A DNA stretch of 64,000 bases from the IMG/VR virus record IMGVR_UViG_3300026158_000083, positions 9,691-73,690 of that record; one strand, written 5' to 3'. Below are positions 40,410-49,424 of the stretch, piece by piece. A model generated the notes under the pieces. That model was not told the origin of the DNA. It worked only from the letters and a program-made list of their open reading frames with translations, and did not search any database. Each line of letters opens with the position of its first letter. The stretch's first letter is position 1. This stretch comes from a virus (taxonomy: Duplodnaviria; Caudoviricetes). The translations under genes and the position numbers were made by a program.

Positions 40410-40718
40410 CTATTTTTCAGGCCAGCGCAACGCCTTTTGGCGCATACAGTCTGTTCTGTGTTGTCCGCTCCATGAAGTCTCATTGCACCACGGACAACGC
40501 CGACCATCACTAAGCGACACATATTCTACGGCTAATAGCGTAGCCCGTAGCACGGCAATTTCGTCGTGCAATTCGCGCAGCGCTTTTTGTTGGTTCTTAA
40601 TCATTTCATGGTTGGTGTCCATGAGCCTTCCTATCAAACGTGTTGTGGATTTAGATTCGGCGAGAATTGCGCAGGCGCGTTGCAGTTCGGTATCAGTCAT
40701 GATCTGCGACCGTAGCAT
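40410..40718 (-). CDS. Hypothetical protein
   Basis: Coiled coil plus CPWC...H...C. Confidence 0.5.
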   Translation of the reverse strand: MLRSQIMTDTELQRACAILAESKSTTRLIGRLMDTNHEMIKNQQKALRELHDEIAVLRATLLAVEYVSLSDGRRCPWCNETSWSGQHRTDCMRQKALRWPEK

Positions 40719-41100
40719 CTGCTAATGTGTAGGCGTCGATATAGTCCAGCAGATGCTCAATTAGGCCAATAGTGCTGCGGCGCTTGGCGTTAGGCATATC
40801 GTTCATGCGCCGCACGAAGCGCCACATGTCCGGCTTGGGCACCGGATAGTTTGGCTCAGCAGAAATGCTCGGATCATCAGTGTTGCCAAATAGATATTCA
40901 GTGCTGGTGTTGAGCGCCTTGGCTAGCGCCAATACTGTCCATGAATCGGCGCGCGTATGATCGTTCTCAACGCGCGAAATACTCTCGCGCTGTAGACCTT
41001 TACCTTGCGGCACGTATGCGCGTGCTATCTCTGCCAAACCTTCTTGCGAAAGGTTCTTTTGCAAGCGTAGTTGTTTGATGCGTTCACCCATTGTGGTCAT
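40693..41100 (-). CDS. XRE-family HTH transcriptional regulator
   Basis: GERIKQLRLQKNLSQEGLA...ISRVEN...LAKALNTSTEYLFG. Confidence 0.85.
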   Translation of the reverse strand: MTTMGERIKQLRLQKNLSQEGLAEIARAYVPQGKGLQRESISRVENDHTRADSWTVLALAKALNTSTEYLFGNTDDPSISAEPNYPVPKPDMWRFVRRMNDMPNAKRRSTIGLIEHLLDYIDAYTLADATVADHD

Positions 41101-41105
41101 TTTGT

Positions 41106-41333
41106 TCACCATTCAAACTTGTAGCGATGCGCCTTGCCGTAATGTATGTGCAAAACGCGCTTGCTTTTGAATACGCGCCGACAGTCAGGATGCCAGCAGC
41201 GCCAGACGTTAGGACCGTCGTTTTCGTGATCCGCAGCGTGTTGTGCAGAATTTTCCTGCGGCACAAACTCGGCGCAGATAGGACATTGCGTCCAGCTTGT
41301 GACTGCGAAATCTTCGGTAGTTTTACTGCTCAT
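41106..41333 (-). CDS. Small protein with two C2H2-like zinc fingers
   Basis: CPIC...H...H and CWHPDC...H...H. Confidence 0.6.
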   Translation of the reverse strand: MSSKTTEDFAVTSWTQCPICAEFVPQENSAQHAADHENDGPNVWRCWHPDCRRVFKSKRVLHIHYGKAHRYKFEW

Positions 41334-41712
41334 CTTGACATGGTCCCCACTGAATGGCTTGTCTGCGCCAGTTCACCATATCGCCGCCACTGTGCGCAGT
41401 CCAGTTGCTAGAATGACTCAGTGCGCCCGTGATTGAAGCGTATTTGGCGTTGAAGTAATCGGCTAATTCGCGACTCGTAAACGGTCGTCCGACGCGCTCA
41501 TAAAATTCAGCGGCCATTCGCTCGACTTCATCGACGGTCAGATTGACTTCGACCTTGCGAACCACCTCGTCTATTTCGGCGGCGTCGTTAGCGGCTTCTT
41601 CTTCGGCCCAGTTAGTCAAGGCCAGCCACGGACGAACAGAACGCCATGCGACATCATTATTGACGCGTCGCGCGGCGTTGAGCATCGCCTTCACAATGAA
41701 ATCAGTCGCCAT
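41323..41712 (-). CDS. Hypothetical protein, possible winged helix
   Basis: FTSRELADYFNAKYASITGAL. Confidence 0.45.
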   Translation of the reverse strand: MATDFIVKAMLNAARRVNNDVAWRSVRPWLALTNWAEEEAANDAAEIDEVVRKVEVNLTVDEVERMAAEFYERVGRPFTSRELADYFNAKYASITGALSHSSNWTAHSGGDMVNWRRQAIQWGPCQDEQ

Positions 41713-41974
41713 AGGATAAACTCGTTTCGGATAGCGGCAGACACGACAGACCCGCGCGACCTTGATTTGACGGTGCGTAAAGATAGCAAACTACACCGGC
41801 ATCATTGTCGATAATGCGCACTATGGGCCAGTCGGCGATTACTTCGCTAGTTGACTTGTCTGTGCCGATGTAAGCAGATGGCACAGCACAACTGCTAAGT
41901 AGCGACGCGCTTGCTAATATAGCAATTACTGAAAACATCACTAGCGTGAACCACGCATACGTTTTAGGACTCAT
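41702..41974 (-). CDS. Small lipoprotein-like protein
   Basis: Hydrophobic N-terminus ending LLSSC; DAGVVCY...LSCLP. Confidence 0.5.
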   Translation of the reverse strand: MSPKTYAWFTLVMFSVIAILASASLLSSCAVPSAYIGTDKSTSEVIADWPIVRIIDNDAGVVCYLYAPSNQGRAGLSCLPLSETSLSYGD

Positions 41975-41991
41975 GCACCCTCCTGTTGTGG

Positions 41992-43035
41992 TTAAACTTC
42001 GGCAATTAGTTGTCCGTTTTGCACCATTTTCTTGCGCAGTTCGCGCGCCCGCGCCTGCATAGGCGGATCAGGACGCGTGGGTGCTTTGTTGTGTTGTTCT
42101 TCCGCAGCCGCAGCTGCAACGCTTACGGCAATGCTGTCAAGCAGTTGCGCGTACGTGGGTATTGGCGTGTTAGTCGCACGCCATCTATCGCCCAGCCACC
42201 ATTTCTCAAAGTCAAGAATCTGTTGCGGTAAGTAGCCAGCCTTGACTAATTCCGACGCGCATTTACCAATGCGCGCAGCGACGGACTTGAGTTTGCCGTC
42301 TTTGTGACAGACTGTCGCAACGGCCTCAAACATCGCCTGTTGCTCAGTCGGCTCACGTTCACTAACGGCAGCTTGCACTGGTTCGCTCGGCGCAGACTTT
42401 GCGGCAACAAACTGCGAAGCAGTTTGTTTAACCGTAATATTCTCTGTAGTAGTCTCTGTATTTGTATCTGTTGGCGAAAGACGGCCTATCTGTTGATCGA
42501 CCACCCCCCTATCTGTTGATGAACAGATAGCTATCAGTTGATCGTCTGCATCGTCCATGTCACACGCCACAGGTTGATTGATATGCGCCAATGCGTTGAC
42601 AACTGGCTCAACAAACATGACATTGGAGACGACTACATCGCTAATGACTAGGGTGCGAAACTCTAACGTAATTAGACCTTTTTCGCTTAGCCAGAGCAAT
42701 GCGTTACGCGCTTGATCTTTTCCCATGCCGAATTTATCGGCAAATGCTTGGTAATTGCGTTGCAACTTGTCATGTGCAAAACGCCGTTCAACGGCAACGA
42801 TTTTGCCGCTAGTTTCATCGCGCGTAATTTTTGGTCGATACCAGTAACAGATTTCTGCCAGAATTATGATTGCTTCTAAATATGGCCGTTCGCATACGAT
42901 GTTGGTTTTACTTTGCCTAATCGGTTTAGTTAGATAGTGATACCATGCTTCTGGTATTACGTTGCCGCTAAAATGCAGCTCGCCCATAGCTGTTACAGTG
43001 TTCGTTGGTGGACGCGTGCTATTTTTTTGATTCAT
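41992..43035 (-). CDS. Phage replication initiator (N-terminal winged helix)
   Basis: FSGNVIPEAWY...AIIILAEICYWYRP...YQAFADKFG; linker TNTETTTENIT; lies upstream of the helicase. Confidence 0.7.
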   Translation of the reverse strand: MNQKNSTRPPTNTVTAMGELHFSGNVIPEAWYHYLTKPIRQSKTNIVCERPYLEAIIILAEICYWYRPKITRDETSGKIVAVERRFAHDKLQRNYQAFADKFGMGKDQARNALLWLSEKGLITLEFRTLVISDVVVSNVMFVEPVVNALAHINQPVACDMDDADDQLIAICSSTDRGVVDQQIGRLSPTDTNTETTTENITVKQTASQFVAAKSAPSEPVQAAVSEREPTEQQAMFEAVATVCHKDGKLKSVAARIGKCASELVKAGYLPQQILDFEKWWLGDRWRATNTPIPTYAQLLDSIAVSVAAAAAEEQHNKAPTRPDPPMQARARELRKKMVQNGQLIAEV

Positions 43036-43459
43036 GTCGAATCTCCGCGACGTATGCGTCAAGCGCCTGCCTCACTGCATTTTTGTTGAGTAGATATTGG
43101 TCTATCTCATTTGATTCAGCGCGGGTGTTCAGGCGTCGCTCAATAAAGCCATTAGTCGATAAACATTCTAAACCGATATAGATTTCTGATTCGTCAAATA
43201 TGTTGAAACAAGCGCCTTTCAAACCATTTATAGAAGCAGAAATCCAAAAAGAGCTATGCAGCAAAGGTTGACCTGCTCTAGCGCGCCGTTTGTTTTCTTC
43301 TTTGTCCAAAACTATGTTCAGCTCTATTGTGCGAGTTTGATAATCAAAGATGTCCAGCAAAACCGCGGCTGAAAGTTTTCCGGTAATCGTGAGAAAGTCT
43401 TTGCGCAAATTGATTATCGAATTGAATGGACTATCTCCAAAACAAGTAATTTCAATCAT
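43019..43459 (-). CDS. Second initiator-like winged-helix protein
   Basis: ITGKLSAAVLL...FW...L...GFIERR. Confidence 0.45.
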   Translation of the reverse strand: MIEITCFGDSPFNSIINLRKDFLTITGKLSAAVLLDIFDYQTRTIELNIVLDKEENKRRARAGQPLLHSSFWISASINGLKGACFNIFDESEIYIGLECLSTNGFIERRLNTRAESNEIDQYLLNKNAVRQALDAYVAEIRHESKK

Positions 43460-43649
43460 TTTTTTGCGCCTCTTTTCTTGGCGAACCACCGCGTTCAAGA
43501 AATGCTTCAAACTCGCTAACTGGTACGCGATAAAGACGACCGACACGGATACTCTTGATTTCGCGACTGGACACCAGCTTATAAATCATAGCAACGCTAA
43601 CGTCCAGCTTTTTAGCCATTTCTTCAAGCGATATATATGCTTCCGACAT
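43452..43649 (-). CDS. Excisionase-like HTH_17 DNA-binding protein
   Basis: YISLEEMAKKLDVSVAMIYKLV...IRVGRLYRVP...FLE. Confidence 0.85.
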   Translation of the reverse strand: MSEAYISLEEMAKKLDVSVAMIYKLVSSREIKSIRVGRLYRVPVSEFEAFLERGGSPRKEAQKND

Positions 43650-43654
43650 GCTAC

Positions 43655-43712
43655 GTTATACTCCTTATAAATTAGTTTAGTGGAGTATAACACACGACAT
43701 GAAACTTGTCAA
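43655..43712 (-). promoter_or_regulatory. Sigma70 promoter with overlapping inverted repeat (operator candidate)
   Basis: TTGACA (43712-43707), 17 nt, TATACT (43689-43684). 10-bp inverted repeat GTTATACTCC/GGAGTATAAC at 43655-43664 and 43682-43691. Confidence 0.8.
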
Positions 43713-43756
43713 ATACAGTATTGAGGCGTCGTAGGCCGCGTGTTGTGTGCGTTAGG

Positions 43757-43945
43757 TCACATATCTGGAGAGTTGTGCGGCTCGTTGTGTAGGCGCAGGC
43801 GCGCTAGTTGTTCCTGTTCATGCAGACGTTGTAGGATATTGCGCCAGTAGTGGCGCGACGCGCTGAAGGTTGGGTTAGTTTCGCAATGCTGAATTTGGGT
43901 TTCGGCATTGGCAATGCAGACGCGAAGATCGGTGAGTTCATCCAT
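43757..43945 (-). CDS. Hypothetical protein
   Basis: AGGAG SD before MDELTDL. Confidence 0.5.
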   Translation of the reverse strand: MDELTDLRVCIANAETQIQHCETNPTFSASRHYWRNILQRLHEQEQLARLRLHNEPHNSPDM

Positions 43946-44275
43946 AGCGACTCCTGTGACTAAAATCAAGCCGGGGGACACCTTGCGGCATCCCCCGGCA
44001 ATCTAGGAGGGAGACGGTCGTCACTCCGTCCGGGAGAAAACGACTGCTAACAGTCTGAGAAAGAGCGCATCAAACTTGGCCGTAGCAGTCGCTCCCGCAC
44101 GGAACGACTAGGTTTTATCAGGGCCACGTTGGCACGCAGCCCTGAATCCTCTTGCACGTTCTCTACCATTCTGTTGTATTAGGTTGTTACTGTCCTCTGC
44201 CAAGACTTAAGCGAGCGCACCTCCTTTCTTGTTGGGAAAGACACTGTACCGACTCGCCTATATCCTCAGGACTAA

Positions 44276-44322
44276 GCGCGCTTGATCGTCTCTACGTTAG
44301 CACTTTCAAGCGCGCCTGTCAA
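44276..44322 (-). promoter_or_regulatory. Sigma70-type promoter flanked by an inverted repeat
   Basis: TTGACA (44322-44317), 17 nt, TAACGT (44299-44294). GCGCGCTTGA/TCAAGCGCGC at 44276-44285 and 44306-44315. Confidence 0.6.
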
Positions 44323-44349
44323 GACCTACAAGCTTAAAGTTTCGGCAGT

Positions 44350-45378
44350 TCAGATGTTCAAAAGTTGGCCGCGCCACGGTACGTTTGTGCTGGTCTGCGG
44401 CGTGATTGACTCAGGCGCAGCGAATAACGCTTCCAACACGTTATCAGTCACGGAAACAAGCTCTTTGCGTGCTTCGCCAAAACGCCTGGACGTGCGCAGC
44501 AGGCTTCTGAAGGCTAACGCACTATGCGTTAGCAAAAAGTCGTCCGGTTTATCAGGACAGTCTACTAGACGCGCTCTAGCGCCGATTTGCTTAGCCAGCG
44601 CTAAGGCAGCCTGTTCTTCGCCAGGGTCAAAAGCCAGGAAAACGTGCTTGCAGTATTGCAGTTTTGCCAGCCATTCCGGCAGCCAATTGTTGCAGCCAGC
44701 AGTCGGACTTACGGCTGCAAAACCGGCTTGCCACAGACCGACAACTTTTAGTTCGCCTGCGACAACGATGATGTAGGTTTGTTCAGGTGTCAAGATGTCA
44801 CCGTTGAACAGATGCGTGCCGCGACCTGTGTCATATGGTCGATACTTGTCTTTGACGCGCTGCGCATCAGCCATGCGCAGTCGAATGTTGACCAGCAGAC
44901 CGTTCTCAATTACGGGAATGCTGTAGGTTTTGCCGTAATTGTAGTGGTCGCAGACGCCTAATTTGAAGTGCGCTTGCGCGGCCAGACTGATGCCGCGATC
45001 CACCCACCAGTTGATGTCGGCTTGGTTCATGGCCGCGTGCAGCTTCAGATGCAAGTCTGGCGGCAGCGCGGGTGGGCGCACCGGCTCCGGTCGCGGTCGC
45101 GCGGGTAGCGGTGTTAGGCCGACGTGACTGCTGAGGATTTCACAGGCGCGCGCAAAATCCACGTTCTGCGTGAGCATGACCCAATCAATGACTGTGCCGC
45201 CGCAACCCCGGCTGTACCAGAAAAATGAGTTGGTGTTCACAAACAGTTTGAGTGAGTCATGCTCTTTGGTTGAGAGTGTGTGGCCGTGCCCGATGATGGT
45301 CAGACCGCTGAGCGTTACCAGTTTAGCGATGGGCACGGTCTTGATTTGTTCCAGATCGAACTTCTCATGTTGGTCCAT
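44350..45378 (-). CDS. TOPRIM-domain DNA primase-like protein
   Basis: N-terminal HDSL...FFWYSRGCGGTVIDW (zinc-less CHC2-like), IIVVAGELK, LAFDPGE, DKPDD. Confidence 0.7.
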   Translation of the reverse strand: MDQHEKFDLEQIKTVPIAKLVTLSGLTIIGHGHTLSTKEHDSLKLFVNTNSFFWYSRGCGGTVIDWVMLTQNVDFARACEILSSHVGLTPLPARPRPEPVRPPALPPDLHLKLHAAMNQADINWWVDRGISLAAQAHFKLGVCDHYNYGKTYSIPVIENGLLVNIRLRMADAQRVKDKYRPYDTGRGTHLFNGDILTPEQTYIIVVAGELKVVGLWQAGFAAVSPTAGCNNWLPEWLAKLQYCKHVFLAFDPGEEQAALALAKQIGARARLVDCPDKPDDFLLTHSALAFRSLLRTSRRFGEARKELVSVTDNVLEALFAAPESITPQTSTNVPWRGQLLNI

Positions 45379-45601
45379 CGTCCTGTCCGTTCAGGTAGCG
45401 CACATTGGCGTGCCATGACAAGATGCCCATGCGCAGCACGGAACGCATGGCAACTGAGAGATTGTTGCCGAAGCTGCGGCGTGCGATATCGGCGAGCAAC
45501 GCCTTGTCATCGGCAGATACGCGCAGATGCAGCGTTTCGCCTAACTGTTCACCGGACGCATCGCGCAGCGGTCGGCCTTGCCGCGCACCAGTCTTAGCCA
45601 T
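45365..45601 (-). CDS. Ribbon-helix-helix-like DNA-binding protein
   Basis: TLHLRVSADDKALLADIA...LSVAMRSVL. Confidence 0.55.
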   Translation of the reverse strand: MAKTGARQGRPLRDASGEQLGETLHLRVSADDKALLADIARRSFGNNLSVAMRSVLRMGILSWHANVRYLNGQDDGPT

Positions 45602-46017
45602 GACTGACCTTCGCGACTGGCAGATCGACAGGCGCAGGCGCAGCTTTGACTCTAACGCAGACGGTGCAGCGCCGGCCTGCACTGCCATTCAGTCCTTTTG
45701 TTGCAAAGTTGTGCACGCGCAGGCCCGCGCCGTAGCGCTCATCTTGGAACTTGTTGGCACAAGTGCAGGACAGGATTTTTGTGTTTTGTGACATGCTGTG
45801 GCTCCTAATCTTTGAAGTGACCGAGTCTTTTGGCTTCGCGCAGGGCGTACCAAAAGCACAGTTCGAAAGACAGTTGGGTAGTCAGATAGCCGAGTGTCAA
45901 AAGACGCGTCGGGCCATCGGTGATTTCGCAGACGCCCATCGCAATCTGATACCAGATGGGTAGCGGATAGCGATTGAAGTATAGCAGTTTGGTGTGTGGT
46001 CGTAGTTCGTCAGGCAC
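45594..46017 (-). other. Two short hypothetical ORFs (45594-45794 and 45805-46017)
   Basis: SD-preceded ORFs; the first has CTC...QD..YG...RVHN...CTVC. Confidence 0.55.
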
Positions 46018-46037
46018 TTAGCACGCTCCTTATGGGT

Positions 46038-46073
46038 TCCCGTTAGCGCGCTAAGCACCACGCGCTAACGGGA
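46038..46073. terminator. Intergenic 13-bp stem-loop
   Basis: TCCCGTTAGCGCG...CGCGCTAACGGGA, perfect stem with a 10-nt loop just after the 46088 stop; no clear U tract. Confidence 0.55.
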
Positions 46074-46087
46074 CGCAGACTCCTTTC

Positions 46088-47212
46088 CTAAATGTCTTGC
46101 AGCGTCATCTTACGCCGCACCATGCTGAACAACTCGGTTGTGTCGATCAGCATATCACCGGCAATGACTTCCATAGCAATTTGTTCGTCCTGCGTCGCGC
46201 AGCTTTGGGCGGCAAACGTGACGCCGCTAATCAGGCCCGCAACCGTGGCTTCGCCGCGCGCACCGAGCGTGATCTGCGTGCGTTGTTCTTCGTTCCAGCC
46301 ATACTTCTTAGCCAGACCGGTCAGGATGCTACTGAAGTCGGGTAGGCGCTGTGTTTCGGCGGCGATCATCTTGTTGATAAACTCTGCCGATGCACCGAGC
46401 GATTGGCCGATGGTTTCTTTGAGCACGAACAGCAGCTTATCGCGTTCGCCGCGATGCACCAATGACACGCCGACGAAGTTGCCCTGTTGATCGGCTTCCT
46501 CATCGTAGGCGTTCATGTCGGCCACGTTGAACAACGCTTGCTGGCGCACATCGCGCAGCGGGCGCAGCACGATGGAGTTCGTGCAGCCCGTCTGTTGAAT
46601 CAGCGGCCAGACCTTGCTGCGGCCTGCGCCGATTTCGTCATTAGCGATGAACGTGCCGAGCGCGTAGTGGCCGCCACGATTATCGGGTCGATCTGTGACG
46701 CTCCACATGATGCGCAGCACCAGCTTGTTCTCGGTCAGATACGGTCGCACCAGTCGCATTTGCGGCGGCACGTTGTCGCCGATAGCGTCTATCGTCGCCA
46801 GCAGCAGATCGCTATTCGGAATGATCGGATAGCGTTCGTGCAGCACGGCGCGGCAGCTTTCGCAAAAACAGCGCACAAGCCAGCGGCGTTCGGCTAATAG
46901 TTGACTGTTCAGGTGCGTGTTGAGCAGACCGGCGCGCAGCGCGTGTGTGTGGGCTTGTAGATAATCGAACGGCAGACTCTTGTTAGAGCCTGCGCCGAAG
47001 TGACCCGGCCCTAGCTTTTGATATAGCTGACGCAGCGCATGATCGGTCATCTCGACGGGCGGCACGATTTCTGCACCGTCGCGTCGCAGATTCAGATTGC
47101 AGTCCAAATCGAACGACATTTCTGGGCAGGACACGACATGATCGTGTTTGTACTCGTCGTCTTCCTGACTTTGGCTTAACAGCCAGTAAAGTTCCTCTAT
47201 AGGGGTTCTCAA
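46088..47212 (-). CDS. DUF932-like phage protein
   Basis: TDHALRQLYQKLG...RWLVR...RAVLHERYPIIPN...IANDEIGAG...CTNS. Confidence 0.6.
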   Translation of the reverse strand: MRTPIEELYWLLSQSQEDDEYKHDHVVSCPEMSFDLDCNLNLRRDGAEIVPPVEMTDHALRQLYQKLGPGHFGAGSNKSLPFDYLQAHTHALRAGLLNTHLNSQLLAERRWLVRCFCESCRAVLHERYPIIPNSDLLLATIDAIGDNVPPQMRLVRPYLTENKLVLRIMWSVTDRPDNRGGHYALGTFIANDEIGAGRSKVWPLIQQTGCTNSIVLRPLRDVRQQALFNVADMNAYDEEADQQGNFVGVSLVHRGERDKLLFVLKETIGQSLGASAEFINKMIAAETQRLPDFSSILTGLAKKYGWNEEQRTQITLGARGEATVAGLISGVTFAAQSCATQDEQIAMEVIAGDMLIDTTELFSMVRRKMTLQDI

Positions 47213-47229
47213 TGGTCCTCCTAAAACAA

Positions 47230-47256
47230 GCAGGCGCGGTGTGTGACCGCGCCTGC
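47230..47256 (-). terminator. Intrinsic terminator
   Basis: 11-bp stem GCAGGCGCGGT/ACCGCGCCTGC followed by TTGTTTT on the minus strand. Confidence 0.7.
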
Positions 47257-47272
47257 AACACTGCGGCTGCGC

Positions 47273-48541
47273 TTATTTTGTGTTCAGCGCAGACATGACG
47301 ACTTGCCAGTCCTTGCGGCACTGTTCATTGATTGCGTACTCGCCGTCAGGACGCTTTTCAACACCTGACCATTCGTAGATGGCCTTGGCTTGGCCGACAG
47401 TCAGTTCGTCTTGCTCAAAGCCCCACAGCCAGTCCATGAAGGCTTCGCGCTCCTCAACCTTGTCGCTGAGCAGCGTCATCGCGGCAGTAATCCAGGTGCG
47501 CTGGCGCTCCGTAGCTGGCGCATTAGGATTATTTACCGTCGCAGCCGTGGCGCGCAGACCGTCGCGCAGCGGTTGAATACCTTGCAGGTGTTCCGGCACC
47601 TGTTCCGGCTCAGGCGCTTTGAGCAGCGCCAGATTCGGTGCGATCAGGCGAAAGATGCACTCTGCCGTATGTGCGCGCAGACCATACAGCGCGCCGCAGC
47701 CGGGACAGGGCGTCTCATCGCCCATTGCACAGTCATAGGCCCACGACCGGAACTTGTTCTGCATTTCCAGCAGGGCTTGCTTATCGGCCTCAGCCTGCTC
47801 ATCGGCGGCAATTTCTTCCGGCGTACGCGCGGCTTGGGCCTGTTTGATAACCGCTTTGTCGATAGCCGCAGCCATCTGTTCCTGATTGATGACTGCGCCA
47901 TTTTCCTGCATGGCCCGGATTTCGGCCACATCGACACCGTGCGCTTCGGCTTCTTCCAAGTCTTCGTCGCCGGACGTTTGTTCGCCGACTTGCCGCAGCG
48001 CATCGACGCGGGCTTGCTTTTCCATGAGCCAGACGCTGTCGCGGAAAGCTGGTGAGTTGATCTTGTCGCCCTGCCGTACGATGCTGACACCGATAATGGG
48101 CTGATACTCCACGCCCATCTCGATGCATTGACGCCGCGCCGCCAGCACGTCTAGTTCGCAGACGGTCATACGATCCTGCGGGCCGATGTGATGGCGCGCC
48201 ATCTCGTCAGGCGTTGGCGGACGATAGCGCCACTGATACTTGCTCATGTCCAGCTTGCGCGCAACGCCGCGATAGCCTTCCAGAACGCGGCCCGCGACGT
48301 TGCCCTTAGTGCCGACATACGCATGTCGCCCGATCACTTCGCCGGTTTCGTAAAAGTGATAGGCTGCGGCTAGCGCCTGGGGCGGTGTAATGCTGCCACC
48401 GTTAGCCATGATCTCAGCCGCGATAGATGCAGCGCGCGACAGCACGGGTAGCGGCACGCCGCTGAAGTCTAGCTGTGGTGCGCTGACCTGCACCGCTTTT
48501 TCGCCAGTCGTCGCTGGCAAGTTGCGATTGAAGTCTGCCAT
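47273..48541 (-). CDS. Possible RecT/Bet-like single-strand annealing protein
   Basis: LEGYRGVAR and MEKQARVDALRQ resemble Bet/RecT motifs; C-terminal ATERQ...LTVGQA domain. Confidence 0.45.
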   Translation of the reverse strand: MADFNRNLPATTGEKAVQVSAPQLDFSGVPLPVLSRAASIAAEIMANGGSITPPQALAAAYHFYETGEVIGRHAYVGTKGNVAGRVLEGYRGVARKLDMSKYQWRYRPPTPDEMARHHIGPQDRMTVCELDVLAARRQCIEMGVEYQPIIGVSIVRQGDKINSPAFRDSVWLMEKQARVDALRQVGEQTSGDEDLEEAEAHGVDVAEIRAMQENGAVINQEQMAAAIDKAVIKQAQAARTPEEIAADEQAEADKQALLEMQNKFRSWAYDCAMGDETPCPGCGALYGLRAHTAECIFRLIAPNLALLKAPEPEQVPEHLQGIQPLRDGLRATAATVNNPNAPATERQRTWITAAMTLLSDKVEEREAFMDWLWGFEQDELTVGQAKAIYEWSGVEKRPDGEYAINEQCRKDWQVVMSALNTK

Positions 48542-48567
48542 CCTGTGTCACCTCCATTTATGCGTAT

Positions 48568-48612
48568 AATGTAACACAAAAAGCGCAGACCGTCAAATCG
48601 ACTGTCTGCGCT
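48568..48612 (-). promoter_or_regulatory. Overlapping terminator hairpin and sigma70 promoter
   Basis: Stem AGCGCAGAC/GTCTGCGCT plus T tract. TTGACG (48596-48591) lies in the loop, then 17 nt, TACATT (48573-48568). Confidence 0.7.
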
Positions 48613-48619
48613 GATTGAG

Positions 48620-49228
48620 TTAGCCGTTTTGCAGCTGGTTGAGTCGATCTTGAATCGCCGCGATGTCGGCTTGCAGCTTGTCGATTTCCTGCTGCTTAGC
48701 CGACTTGGGCCGCGTGACGACGCACCAGTGTGTGCCGCGATCTTCCAGCACAAAGCCGAGTTCGGCGCAGATTTCGCGCCGGGCGCGATTGAAGCCGGAT
48801 GGTGTCAGGCCGGTGAAGTGCGCCAGAGCTTCGGCTTTGGGCAGCACGTCGTTGTTCTTCAGCCAGGCCAGCATGGCTTCCTTGATCGTATCCGCGTAAA
48901 CGACGCGGCGCTGGACGTGGTTATCCGTGAGTTCGCTGGCTTGCGCGGGTTGTGCCGGTTCCGGTTGCACGCAGCAGCGTTTTGAATTGCGGCGCGTGGG
49001 CGGCATGGGCCTGCCGGTGAACATATTGATCTGTCCTTTCTTGATCGGTCCAAGATAGCTGCGTAGTTCCTGCGCGGTCGTTGCCGGTTGAATGAGATTT
49101 AGCAGGTCGTCGATAGCCAATGCATAAGCTTCCTTATGCGTGCAACCTGCTCTGCGCCGGTGTTCGTGCAGTTTGGTTTGCAGCAGCGAACAGATCGTGC
49201 CGTAGTTTTCGGGTGTAAGATCGTACAC
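48620..49228 (-). CDS. Hypothetical protein, possible C-terminal HTH
   Basis: 202-aa ORF with GGAGAGG SD and GTG start. Confidence 0.55.
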   Translation of the reverse strand: MYDLTPENYGTICSLLQTKLHEHRRRAGCTHKEAYALAIDDLLNLIQPATTAQELRSYLGPIKKGQINMFTGRPMPPTRRNSKRCCVQPEPAQPAQASELTDNHVQRRVVYADTIKEAMLAWLKNNDVLPKAEALAHFTGLTPSGFNRARREICAELGFVLEDRGTHWCVVTRPKSAKQQEIDKLQADIAAIQDRLNQLQNG

Positions 49229-49424
49229 TTGCCTCTCCTAGTGTGCTATAAGGTGCGTTGACGCGCGTGCGCCGCAACTACGCACCCCGCTGCGGCGCAC
49301 GAAATACGGCTCAAAACTTGTGCATCACCTCCCTGCTAGTATCAGTAGTGCAATGCCAACTGCGACGATGACGACGGCAATCAGAAAACCTTTGATTGCG
49401 GCTAGCAGCAGTTCTTCAAATGCG

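Noticed and set aside
43452-43649. Evidence of a temperate lifestyle
   Set aside because: HTH_17 and XRE proteins alone are not enough; no integrase or att site was recognised in the window.
44230-44275. Hammerhead ribozyme (CTGAGGA on the minus strand)
   Set aside because: Could not form stems II and III with a correctly placed GAAA and cleavage triplet.
44255-44345. IscB omega/HEARO RNA remnant (GACTAAG...CTACGTT on the plus strand)
   Set aside because: The downstream conserved blocks are missing and no IscB/TnpB ORF is present; the promoter and its inverted repeat explain the sequence.
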